Notes under the pieces: generated by a model
What the model saw: the letters and a program-made list of their open reading frames with translations, nothing else
Told to the model about the DNA's origin: nothing
The model's database searches: none
Source: Iphione sp. A-MEVVRFRX5
Lineage: Eukaryota
Direction: 5' to 3'
DNA: 64,000 nucleotides
Assembly (NCBI GenBank): GCA_976226885.1
Contig: OZ320315.1
Coordinates: 97,526,001 to 97,590,000 of the forward strand
Program-made: the position numbers and the translations under genes
Shown: positions 25,301 to 37,969 of the stretch, piece by piece
How positions within the stretch are numbered: the stretch's first letter is position 1
How the letters are laid out: every line of letters begins with the position of its first letter

Positions 25301-28300
25301 AATGTTCAAGGCCCTCAACCTGCCAAACCATGTAAACATGGATAACCAATCATTACTGCCCTGACCACCACCATGTTTACATGGGAATGTTCACGGCCCT
25401 CAACCTGCAAAACCTGTGAAACATGGTGGAGTTCAGGGTACTTAGAATTGGTAATCTAAGTGAAGAGCAAAAAAGAAAAAAATTCAACCATTCCTCCTAA
25501 TCCAAACATCATCCTCTGCATAAAGCAAATAAATGACAAAAACCACAGGTGCAAGCATGAAGATGTTGCCCGCATTAGGCATTGGACAAACTGGTTAATA
25601 TAGTGGAGTCACATCCAGTAGCTCCTCCTCAACCTGACACAGGCCTCAGCAACATCCCACTAACCTATGCCAAAAACAAGCCATTGCAAATGTATTATGT
25701 GTTCAATGCAAGCAATTATATATTTCATTTTTTTCAGCAGTATGTTCTTTGGTGGAGACATATGGGGTACCTTTTATGACATGAGAATGTTCATGGCCCT
25801 GAACCTGCAGATCCATGTAAACACAGTGGAGTTCAGGGTTCTTGGAATTGGTAATCTAAGTGAAGAGCAAAAAAGTCTCAAGTGTGAAAAAAATTCAACC
25901 AACTAATCCTAATCCCATCATCATACTCTGCATAAAGAAAATAAATGACAACAACCACAGGTGCAAGCATTATGACGTTTCCTGCATTAGGCATTGGACA
26001 AACTGGTTAATATGGTGGAGCCATATCCACTAGCTCCTCCTCAACCTGACACAGGCCTCAGCAACATCCCACTAACCTATTCCAAAAACAAGCCATTGCA
26101 AATGTATTATGTGTTGAATGCAAGCAAATATAGATTTCACCTTTTTACATGGTATTTTCTTTGGTGGAGACATATGGGGTACCTATTATGAGATGGGAAT
26201 ATTCATGGCCCTCAAACTGCAAAATCATGTAAACATGGATAACCAATCATCACTACCCTGACCACCACCATGTTTACAAGGAAACATTCATGGCCCTCCA
26301 TCTGCCTAACCATGTAAACATGGTGGAGTTCAGGGTACTTGGAATTGGTAATCTAAGTGAAGAGCAAAAAAGGCTGAAGTGTAAAAAAAAATTCAACCAA
26401 CTCCTCCTAATCCAATCATCATCCTCTGCATAAAGCAAATAAATGACAACAACCACAGGTGCAAGCATGAAGACGTTGCCCGCATTAGGCATTGGACAAA
26501 CTGGTTAATATAGTGGAGTCATATCCAGTAGCTCCTCCTCAACCTGACACAGGCCTCAGCAACATCCCACTAACCTATGCCAAAAGCAAGCCATTGCAAA
26601 TGTATTATGTGTTCAATGCAAGCAAATATATATTTCACTTTTTTACACGGTATGTTCTTTGGTGGAGATATATGGGTTACATATTATGAGATGGGAATGT
26701 TCATGGCCCTCAACCTGCCAAACCATGTAAACATGGATAACCAATCATCACTACCCTGACCACCACCATGTTTACATGGGAATGTTCATGGCCCTCAACC
26801 TGCCAAACCATGTAAACATGATGGAGTTCAGGGTACTTAGAATTGGTAATCTAAGTGAAGAGCAAAAAAGAAAAAAATTCAACCATTCCTCCTAATCCAA
26901 ACATCATCCTCTGCATAAAGCAAATAAATGACAACAACCACAGGTGCAAGCATGAAGATATTGCCCGCATTAGGCATTGGACAAACTGGTTAATATGGTG
27001 GAGTCACATCCAGTAGCTCCTCCTCAACCTGACACAGTCCTCAGCAGCATCCCACTAACCTATGCCAAAAACAAGCCATTGCAAATGTATTATGTGTTCA
27101 ATGCAAGTAATTATATATTTCACCTTTTTCAGCAGTATGTTCTTTGGTGGAGACATATGGGGTACCTATTATGACATGAGAATGTTCATGGCCTTGAACC
27201 TGCAGATCCATGTAAACACAGTGGAGTTCAGGGTTCTTGGAATCGGTAATCTAAGTGAAGAGCAAAAAAGTCTGAAGTGTAAAAAAAAATTCAACCATTC
27301 CTCCTAATCCAATTATCATACTCTGCATAAAGCAAATAAAGGACAACAACCACAGGTGCAAGCATGATGACGTTGTCCACATTAGGCATTGGACAAACTG
27401 GTTAATATTGTGGAGCCACATCCAGTAGCTCCTCCTCAACCTGACACAGGCCTCAGCAACATCCCACTAACCTATGCCAAAAACAAGCCATTGCAAATGT
27501 ATTATGTGTTCAATGCAAGGAAATGTATATTTCACCTTTTTACACGGTATGTTCTTTGGTGGAGACATATGGGTTACATATTATGAGATGGAAATGTTCA
27601 AGGCCCTCAACCTGCCAAACCATGTAAACATGGATAACCAATCATCCCTGCCCTGACCACCACCATGTTTACATGGGAATGTTCACGGCCCTCAACCTGC
27701 CGAACCATGTAAACATGGTGGAGTTCAGGGTACTTAGAATTGGTAATCTAAGTGAAGAGCAAAAAAGAAAAAAATTCAACCATTCCTCTTAATCCAAACA
27801 TCATCCTCTGCATAAAGCAAATAAATGACAATAACCACAGGTGCAAGCATGATGACGTTGCCCACATTAGGCATTGGACAAACTGGTTAATATGGTGGAG
27901 CCACATCCAGTAGCTCCTCCTCAACCTGACACAGTCCTCAGCAACATCCCACTAACCTATGCCAAAAACAAGCCATTGCAAATGTATTATGTGTTCAATG
28001 CTAGCAATTATACATTTCACCTTTTTCAGCAGTATGTTCTTTGGTGGAGACATATGGGGTACCTATTATGACATGAGAATGTTCATGGCCCTGAACCTGC
28101 AGGTCCATGTAAACACGGTGGAGTTCAGGGTTCTTGGAATTGGTAATCTAAGTGAAGAGCAAAAAAGTCTAAAGTGTGAAAAAAATTCAACCAACTAATC
28201 CTAATCGCATCATCATACTCTGCATAAAGAAAATAAATCACAACAACCACAGGTGCAAGCATAATGACGTTGCCTGCATTAGGCATTGGACAAACTGGTT

Positions 28301-29600
28301 AATATGGTGGAGCCACATCCACTAGCTCTTCCTCAACCTGACACAGGCCTCAGCAACATCCCACTAACCTATTCCAAAAACAAGCCATTGCAAATGTATT
28401 ATGTGTTGAATGCAAGCAAATATAGATTTCACCTTTTTACATGGTATTTTCTTTGGTGGAGACATATGGGGTACCTATTATGAGATGGGAATATTCATGG
28501 CCCTCAACCTGCCAAATCATGTAAACATGGATAACCAATCATCACTACCCTGACCACCACCATGTTTACAAGGAAACATTCATGGCCCTCCATCTGCCTA
28601 ACCATGTAAACATGGGGGAGTTCAGGGTACTTGGAATTGGTAATCTAAGTGAAGAGCAAAAAAGGCTGAAGTGTAAAAAAATTCAACCAACTCCTCCTAA
28701 TCCAATCATCATCCTCTGCATAAAGCAAATAAATGACAACAACCACAGGTGCAAGCATGAAGACGTTGCCCGCATTAGGCATTGGACAAACTGGTTAATA
28801 TAGTGGAGTCATATCCAGTAGCTCCTCCTCAACCTGACACAGGCCTCAGCAACATCCCACTAACCTATGCCAAAAACAAGCCATTGCAAATGTATTATGT
28901 GTTCAATGCAAGTAATTATATATTTCACCTTTTTCCGCAGTATGTTCTTTGGTGGAGACATATGGGGTACCTATTATGACATGAGAATGTTCATGGCCCT
29001 CCACCTGCAGAACCATGTAAACATCGTGGAGTCCGAGGTTCTTGGAATTGGTAATCTAAGTGAAGGGCAAAAAAGTCTCAAGTGTGAAAAGAATTGAACT
29101 AACTAATCCTAATCCCATCATCATCCTCTGCATAAAGCAGATGAGTGACAATAACCACAGGTGCAAGCATGATGACGTTGCCCGCATTAGGCATTGGACA
29201 AACTGGTTAATATGGTGGAGCCACATCCAGTAGCTCCTCCTCAACCTGACACAGGCCTCAGCAACATCCCTCTAACCTATGCCAAAAACAAGCCATTGTA
29301 AATGTATTATGTGTTCAATGCAAGCAAATACATATTTCACCTTTTTACATGGTATGTTATTTGGTGCAGACATATGGGGTACCTATTACGAGATGGGAAT
29401 GTTCATGGCCCTCAACCTGCCAAATCATGTAAACATGGATAACCAATCATCAGTACCCTGACCACCACCATGTTTACATGGGAATGTTCATGGTCCCCAA
29501 CCTGCAAAACCAAGTAAACATGGTGGAGTTCAGGCTACTTAGAATGGGTTATCCAAGTGAAGAGGAAAAAGTGTGAAGTGTAAAAAAAATCAACCACATC
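16330..29600. repeat. Homogenised satellite core: 29 monomers (16 long, 485-499 bp; 13 short, 411-412 bp) with a hexameric higher-order repeat
   Basis: Anchor positions 16481, 16967, 17379, 17864, 18275, 18760, 19172, 19669, 20081, 20578, 20989, 21472 ... 28782, 29194; diagnostic variants recur with periods 2714 and 2712 bp (18275, 20989, 23701). Confidence 0.95.
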
Positions 29601-31999
29601 ATCCTCACACAATCATCATCCTTTGCATAAGCCAAATGAATGGTAATGACCACAGGTACAAGGATGATGATGTTGCCTGCATCAGGCATTGAACAAACTG
29701 GTTGATGTTGCACAGCCCCATCCATTTTGTCCTCCTCAACTTGAAACAGGCCCCAACAACATCCTACTAACCTATGTCCAAAATGAGCCATTTCAAATGT
29801 GTTATGTACTCAATGCAAGCAAGTAAATATTTTGATCTTTTGTATGCTTTGTTATTCAGGAGAGACATATGGGGTACTTATTATGACATGGGAATGTTTA
29901 TGGCCCTCAACCTGCAGAAACATATAAACGGCGGAGTCCAGGTTAGGTTGAATTGGTTATGAAATTGAAGAGCAAAGCTAAAGTGATATGACTACAAGTC
30001 CTGAGATAAGGAAAACCAGCCTAAGTAATACTCACTTGCCTATTCGGATATTTAAAGTGATAAGAATGTTAATGACTTAGATATCAGGCATTGGACAAAT
30101 AAGTTGATGTTGCATAAGCAGATACATGTGCTCCTCCTCAACCTGACACAGGCCCAAACAACATTCCACTAACCTATGCCAAAAACTAGCCATTGCAAAT
30201 GTATTATGCGTTAGATGCAAGCAAATATATATTTCAGCCTTCTCCATGGGTTGTTGTTTGGTGAAGACATATGGGTTCCCTATTATCACATGGGAATGTT
30301 CCTGGCCATCAACCTCCAGAACCATGTAAACATGGTGGAGTTCAGGGTTCTTGGAATTGGTAATCTAAGTGAAGAGCAAAAAAGTCTCAAGTGTGAAAAA
30401 ACTTCAACCAACTAATCCTAATCCCATCATCATCCTCTGCATAAAGCAAATAAATGACAACCACAGGTGCAAGCATGATGACGTTGCCCGCATTAGGCAT
30501 TGGACAAACTGGTTAATATGGTGGAGCCACATCCAATAGCTCCTCCTCAACCTGACACAGGCCTCAGCAACATCCCACTAACCTATGCCAAAAACAAGCC
30601 ATTGCAAATGTATTATGTGTTCAATGCAAGCAAATATATATTTCACCTTTTTCCACAGTATGTTCTTTGGTGGAGATATATGGGGTACCTATTATGACAT
30701 GGGAATGCTCATGGCCCTCAACCTGCCGCACCATGTAAACATGGATAACCAATCCTGTGTTATATGCTCAATGCAAGCAAATATTTTTTTTGTTCTCTTC
30801 CGTGTTTTGTTGTTTGGGAGAGACATATGTGATACCTCTTATGACATGGGATTGTTCATGGCCCTCAATCTGCAGACCCATCTTAACATGGTGGAGTTTT
30901 GGGGTACTTAAAATTGGTTAAATAAGTGAAGAGCAGAAATTATAGGATAGTCCAGTTAATGTTTTTCAAGACATTTGGTCAAAACTGCCTGTTACTGACA
31001 GCAATTACAGTTATAAAAAGTTGAAAGCTCTATGGAGGAGGAGGAAACATAAGGTGATCTGGAGTAAATATAGAGTGTCCTGAATAATATCAAAACTGTA
31101 AAAATCTAGATATGAAATGAATAAAATTACCATCTGTCTGGAAGCAAAAACTTTATGTATGCCATGTATTACCAGTATAAATAAAGCTCTAATGATAATA
31201 ATAATCACTTTCTGACTCACTCATAGAAGCATCCAAAACATCCTCATCTTCCCCACTCTCACTCTCTCACCAACCACTGGGCTCCCCCCTCCTCATCCAC
31301 GGGTTCCAAAAAATCTAGATAGTCTAAATCATGGGCGGCCAGCTTCAGCACCAACACTTCAAAGAACAGGTAAAAAAAATTAAAGAAGTCATCTTTGCCC
31401 TCTTCCTGGACCTCAGACCAAGGAAGCTTAGGTTTTTTTGGGATAATGAGCATTCTCATCATCCTGAGAAATCTGATCTTCCTTGCCTGCACTTTCAGCC
31501 GGCACAGGTAGAACAGGGAGGACCTGCTCTACAGTACTGGCCTCATCACCAGCAGGATCAATAGGTGGTGGCAGAGTGGGGAGGACATACTCTACCTCCT
31601 CTCCTGCAGCTTCCTGGGGAACATGATTTGGCTGTTGCCCCTCACCTGCATGAGGCAAATGAATGGTAACAACCACAGGCACAAAGATGATGATGATGCC
31701 TGCATCAGGCATTGGACAAACAGTTGAATGGCAACAACCACAGGCACAAGGATGATGATCTCCTTGTTGTCCTTATAAGGCTGTTGTGTGGTTACCATGG
31801 GTGCATAGGTCTCACACTACTTTTTCTTCTTGGGACTATAGTTTACCACTATATATCACACGGTTTCAACAATGTCTCATCAGGTACTAGATGTCGATAT
31901 ATTTAAAAATGTTTTCTGAGAGGTTTTGAGTGGATTGATTTCATTTCCAACTTGTACCCAACAGAGTATATTTTATTTTGAAAAAATACATGCTAGATA

Positions 32000-34900
32000 C
32001 AGGTGGTAACTAGCAGTATTTTTTTCTGGTATTATAACATGGGAATGTTCATTGCCCTCAATCTGGAGAACCATGTAAACATGTTGGAGTCCTGGGTACT
32101 TTGAATTGGTTATCTAAATGAAAAGAAAGGTGCAAATGATATGAATACAAGTCCTTAAATAATGAATACTAGCCTAAGTAAAAAGAGGAAAATCTGGAAA
32201 GGAAAGTCCTCCTTGCCCTCTTGCTGGACCTCAGATCAACAAAACTCAGGTTCCTTGGAATATGAGCATTCTCAAGAACCTGAGGAATCTGATCTTTCTT
32301 ACATTCAAGTTCAGCCAGCACAGGTTGAACAGGGAGCACCTTCTCACCAGCGGGGCCAACAGGTGCCAGCAGAGTAGGTAGGACCTGCTCTACCTCCTCT
32401 GTAACTTCTTGAGAACGAACAAGATCTGGTTGTTGCCACTCATCTTCTTGAAGGAAATGAATGGTAACAACCACAGTCACAAGGATGATGATGTTGCCTG
32501 CATCAGGCATCAGACAAACCAGTTGATGTGGCAGAGCCACATCTACCTGCTGCTTGTCAACCTGACACAGGCTCCAGCACCATCCCACTTACCTTGTCAA
32601 AATGAGCCACTGCGAAATATATTAGGTATTCAATTCAAGCAAATATATAGTTTGTTTTTTTCTATGTTTTATTATTTGGTGTAGACATATCATGTACCTA
32701 GTATAAAATTGGAATGTTCATTACCCTCAACTTGGAAAACCACCTAAGCATGTTGGAGTCTTGGGTACGTTGAATTGGCTATTTAAATGAAGAGCAAAGT
32801 GGAAGACATGTGCCTACAAGTCCTGAAATAATGAATACTAGCCTGAGTAAAAAGAGGAAAATCTGAAACTTTTGGGCCAGAAAAGAAAGGCATAGGAAAG
32901 ACCTGTTTATGCTCTTCAAGACATTTGGTCAAAACTGACTGTTACTAAAAGCAATTACAACTATAAATTTGTTTAGAACGGTAAAATATAATTAGACCCT
33001 GCCCCCATTATATCTTCCACCAATACATGTATATGGCTGAAGTACTATCTATCTGTTAGCAAATACTTTTTGTATGCAATGTATTATCAGTATAAATTCA
33101 GCTTTGAAGGACAGGTCCAAAAAATCAACTCTTTCTTACATTCAAGTTCAGCCAGCACAGGTCGAACAGGGAGAACCTGCTCTACTCCAAAGTTGTTCAT
33201 CACCAGCGGGGCCAACAGGTGCCAGCAGAGTGGGTAGGACCTGCTCTACCTCCTCTGTAGCTTCTTGGGAACGAACGAGATCTGGTTGTTGCAGCTTATC
33301 TTCTTGAAGGAAATGTATGGTAACAACCACAGGCGCAAGGATGATGATGTTGCCTGCATCAGGCATCAGACAAACCAGTTGATGTGGCAGAGCCACATCT
33401 ACCTGCTGCTTGTCAACCTGACACAAGCTCCAGCACCATCCCACTTACCTTGTCAAAATGAGCCACTGTAAATATATTATGTATTCAATTCAAGCAAATA
33501 CATAGTTTGCTTTTTTCTGTGGTTTATTATTTGGTGTAGACATATGGTGTAACTATTTTGACATGGGAATGTTCATTACCCTCAACTTGGAAAACCACCT
33601 AAGCATGTTGGAGTCGTGGATACTTTTAATTGGTTATTTAAATGAAGAGCAAAGTGGAAGAGATGTGCCTACAAATCCTGAAATAATGAATACCAGCCTA
33701 AGTAAAAAGAGGAAAATCTGAAACTTTTGGGACAGAAAAGAAAGGTATAGGAGAGACCTGTTTATGCTCTTCAATACATTTGGTCAAAACTGACTGTTAC
33801 TAAAAGCAATTACAACTACAACTTTGTTCAGAACTGTAAAATATAATTAGACCCTGCCCCCATTATACCTTCCACCAATACAAGTATATGGCTGAAGTAC
33901 TATCTATCTGTTGGCAAATACTTTTTGTATGCAATGTATTTCCAGTATAAATTCAGCTTTGAAGGACAGGTCCAAAAAATCAACTTAGTCCTCCTTGCCC
34001 TCTTGCTGGACCTCAGATCAACAAAACTCAGGTTCCTTGGAATATGAGCATTCTCAAGAACCTGAGGAATCTTTCTTACATTCAAGCTCAGCCAGCACAG
34101 GTTGAACAGGGAGCACCTGCTCTACTCCAAAGTTGTTCATCACCAGCGGGGCCAACAGGTGCCAGCAGAGTAGGTAGGACCTGCTCTACCTCCTCTGTAA
34201 CTTCTTGGGAATGAACAAGATCTGGTTGTTGCCACTCATCTTCTTGAAGGAAATGAATGGTAACAACCTCAGTCGCAAGGATGATGATGTTGCCTGCATC
34301 AGGCATCAGACAAACCAGTTGATGTTGCAGAGCCACATCTACCTGCTTCTTGTCAACCTGACACAGGCTCCAGCACCATCCCACTTACCTTGTCAAAATG
34401 AGCCACTGCAAATATATTAGGTATTCAATTCAAGCAAATATATAGTTTGTTTTTTTCTATGTTTTATTTTTTGGTGTAGACATATCATGTACGTATTATA
34501 AAATTGGAATGTTCATTACCCTCAACTTGGAAAACCACCTAAGCATGTTGGAGTCCTGGGTACTTTGAATTGGTTATTTAAATGAAGAGCAAAGTGGAAG
34601 AGATGTGCCTACAAGTCCTGAAATAATGAATACTAGCCTAAGTAAAAAGAGGAAAATCTGAAACATTTGGGCCAAAAAAGAAAGGTATAGGAGATACCTG
34701 TTTATGCTCTTCAAGACATTTGGTCAAAACTGACTGTTACTTAAAGCAATTACAACTATAAATTTGTTTAGAACTGTAAAATATAATTAGACCCTGCCCT
34801 CATTATACCTTCCACCAATAAATGTATATGGCTGAAGTACTATCTATCTGTTAGCAAATACTTTTTGTATGCAATGTATTATCAGTATAAATTCAGCTTT

Positions 34901-36100
34901 GAAGGACAGGTCCAAAAAATCAACTCTTTCTTACATTCAAGTTCAGCCAGCACAGGTCGAACAGGGAGAACCTGCTCTACTTCAAAGTTGTTCATCACCA
35001 GCGGGGCCAACAGGTGCCAGCAGAGTGGGTAGGACCTGCTCTACCTCCTCTGTAGCTTCTTGGGAATGAACAAGATCTGCTTGTTGCCACTCATCTTCTT
35101 GAAGGAAATGAATGGTAACAACCACAGGCGCAAGGATGATGATGTTGCCTGCATCAAGCATCAGACAAACCAGTTAATGTGGCAGAGCCACATCTGCCTG
35201 CTGCTTGTCAACCTGACACAGGCTCCAGCACCATCCCACTTACCTTGTCAAAATGAGCCACTGTAAATATATTATGTATTCAATTCAAGCAAATACATAG
35301 TTTGCTTTTTTCTATGTTTTATTATTTGGTGTAGACATATGGTGTACCTATTGTGACATGGGAATGTTCATTACCCTCAACTTGGAAAACCACCTAAGCA
35401 TGTTGGAGTCCTGGGTACTTTGAATTGGTTATTTAAATGAAGAGCAAAGTGGAAGAGATGTGCCTAAAAGTCCTGAAATAATGAATACTAGCCTAAGTAA
35501 AAAGTGGAAAATCTGAAACTTTTGGGCCAGAAAAGAAAGGTATAGGAGAGACCTGTTTATGCTCTTCAAGACATTTGGTCAAAACTGACTGTTGCTAAAA
35601 GCAATTACAACTACAACTTTGTTTAGAACTGTAAAATATAATTAAGACCCTGCCCCCATTATACCTTCCACCAATACATGTATATGGCTGAAGTACTATC
35701 TATCTCTTGGCAAATACTTTTTGTATGCAATGTATTTCCAGTATAAATTCAGCTTTGAAGGACAGGTCCAAAAAATCAACTCTTTCTTACATTCAAGTTC
35801 AGCCAGCACAGGTCGAACAGGGAGAACCTGCTCTACTCCAAAGTTGTTCATCACCAGCGGGGCCAACAGGTGCCAGCAGAGTGGGTAGGACCTGCTCTAC
35901 CTCCTCTGTAGCTTCTTGGGAACGAACAAGATCTGGTTGTTGCCACTCATCTTCTTGAAGGAAATGAAGAGATATGACTACACGTCCTGATAAAAAAAGA
36001 ATACTAACCTAAGTGTACAAAGGAAAATCTGTAACTTTTGGCCCAGAAAAAACAGGTATAGGAGAGACCAGTTTATCCTTTTCAAGACATTTGGTCTGAG
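32000..36100. repeat. Second sub-array of longer units alternating 855 and 940 bp
   Basis: Anchor ACATTTGGTC at 32921, 33776, 34716, 35571 (then 36087); the 855-bp unit lacks the TAGTCCTCC..GAGGAATCT block. Confidence 0.9.
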
Positions 36101-37969
36101 TGTTACAAAAAGCAATTACAACTACTACTGTGTATAGAACTGTAAAATATAATCAGATGGGATACTCCATAACAGTACTTTAATATGTTTTACTTATAGA
36201 CAATCCCCCATTATACCGTCCACTAATACATGTTCATGATGGAAGTTCTATTTGGTAGCAAATACTTTTTGTATGCAATGTTTTACCAGTATACATTAAG
36301 CTCTAATAACAATAATAATCTCTCTCTAACTCACTTACAAAGCATCCCCCACGTCCTCTCCCTTATCCAACAAATGCTCATTCTCCTCATTCTCCTAACC
36401 GCTTAGCTGCCACCTTCTCGCCCACTAGTTCCAACAGATCTAGAAAGTCTAAATTAGTTACGTCTAGCTTCAGCAGTGAGACTTCGGAGGACAGGTCCAA
36501 ATAATCAACTAAGTGCTCCTCACCCTCTTCCTTGACTTCAGACTAACAATGCTTAGGTTCCTTGGGATAATGAGCATTCTTATCAACCTCAGGAATATGA
36601 TCCTCCTCACCTCGCAATTCAGTCAGCACCAGTAGAATAGGGAGCATCTGCTCTACCCCAAAGGCCTCATCACCAGCTGGGGCAACAGGTGGCGGCAGTG
36701 TGGGGAAGACCTGCTCTTCCTCCACTGGAACTTTCTGGAGAACAACATGATTTTGCTGTTGCCCAACACCTACATAAGGCAAATGAATGGCAACAACCAC
36801 AGGCGCAAGGATGATGTTGATATCCTCATCAGGTATTGCACAAACCAATTGATTTGGCAGAGCCACATCCACTTGCTCCTCCTCAAACTGACACAGGCCC
36901 CAATAACATCCCACTAACCTATGCCAAGACTGAGCCATTGCAAATGTATTACGTGTTCAATGCAAACAAATATTTGTTTTGCTCTTTTCTGTGTTTTTTG
37001 TTTGATCGAGACACATGGGGTACTTATTATTTCACTGGAATATTTGTGACCTGCAACCTGGAGAACAATGTAAAGAGGGTGAAGTCCAGGCTGCTCTGGA
37101 TAGGCAAGGTCTGTTTTTTTTGCATTAGGGTTGGCTAAGGTTTCATACTCCTCCAGTACTTCTACCTTTCTCTTGTGCATGGAGGCCACCTGGGTCATTT
37201 CAATTTCCCAATCTTCACCAGGCTGTGTACTACTTCTGCCTGATGCAGAGTGGATGAATTTCATCTCGTCCCTTAAGGACAGCATGATTGTCTTCTCAGG
37301 CATGATTGAAGGGGTGGAATGAAGGGCAGCAGTAGTAGAAGGAAGAACAGTGGGGATAAGGCTGCTCATCCAGTCCCAGGTGTGGGAACTGCACATTTTA
37401 TTACTAGTTAATCTAAACCAGAGAAATCCTCTAGAGCACATTCACCTCAAAGTGAAACATACTTACTGGGAAGGTTTGCTGTAACATGACAAATTAGTTC
37501 AATGACTCACTCAAAATATACATATACATATTGATAATTCTTTCTAGATCATTCTGCTTCCTGTGTTCCTTGTTCATAATATCTCATTACTAGGGAAATA
37601 TGTTACATCAATATATGCACCTGGTTCGACTACTTTGGACAAGAATATAGTGGATTCATATAGATAAATCTAAAAAACAGTCTATAATACAAGTGGAACT
37701 GTGGTGATGAAATCTGATCTGAAAGTTACCAAAAACAGCAAAAACAGCATTTGTCTATTTCCAGAAATAATAGAATGTATCAGTTATTGTCCTTAATCTG
37801 AAAAGTTTGTGCTTAACATTAAGACAATATTTTACATCAAGACAAAACTGTAGGTGTTTGAGCCCTATGGCCATTGTTTGCCCAGTGAATATATGGGAAA
37901 AGGGTATTTTTCAAAGATTCTGAGGGAGCGATACTTGTTAGTATTTACTGTACATACAATTTCCTCCCT

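Larger units (their letters stand above)
13420..37100. repeat. ~24-kb compound tandem array: diverged long units at the edges, homogenised 412-499 bp monomers in the core, 855/940 bp units on the right
   Basis: The same core (..CATCAGGCATTGGACAAAC..GAGCCACATCCA..CTCCTCCTCAACCTGACACAGGC..) recurs from 14.2 kb to 36.9 kb; flanking modules at 13.4-13.55, 31.1-31.25 and 36.2-36.35 kb are homologous. Confidence 0.97.

Noticed and set aside
16330-29600. CRISPR-like or repeat-spacer array
   Set aside because: Units are 400-500 bp and homologous along their whole length, with no unique spacers and no cas genes; the context is eukaryotic.
30757-30850. RING-finger-like CVICSMQANIFFV motif in the repeat unit
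   Set aside because: Only the first CxxC is present; the CxH and later Cys pairs are missing.
14250-30911. Dozens of 60-121 aa ORFs (MDKLVN.., MPKTSH..) as a tandem small-protein gene family
   Set aside because: They overlap in several frames, many start at TTG, some copies are stopped (e.g. 20989), and their recurrence is explained by repeat homogenisation. No expression evidence.
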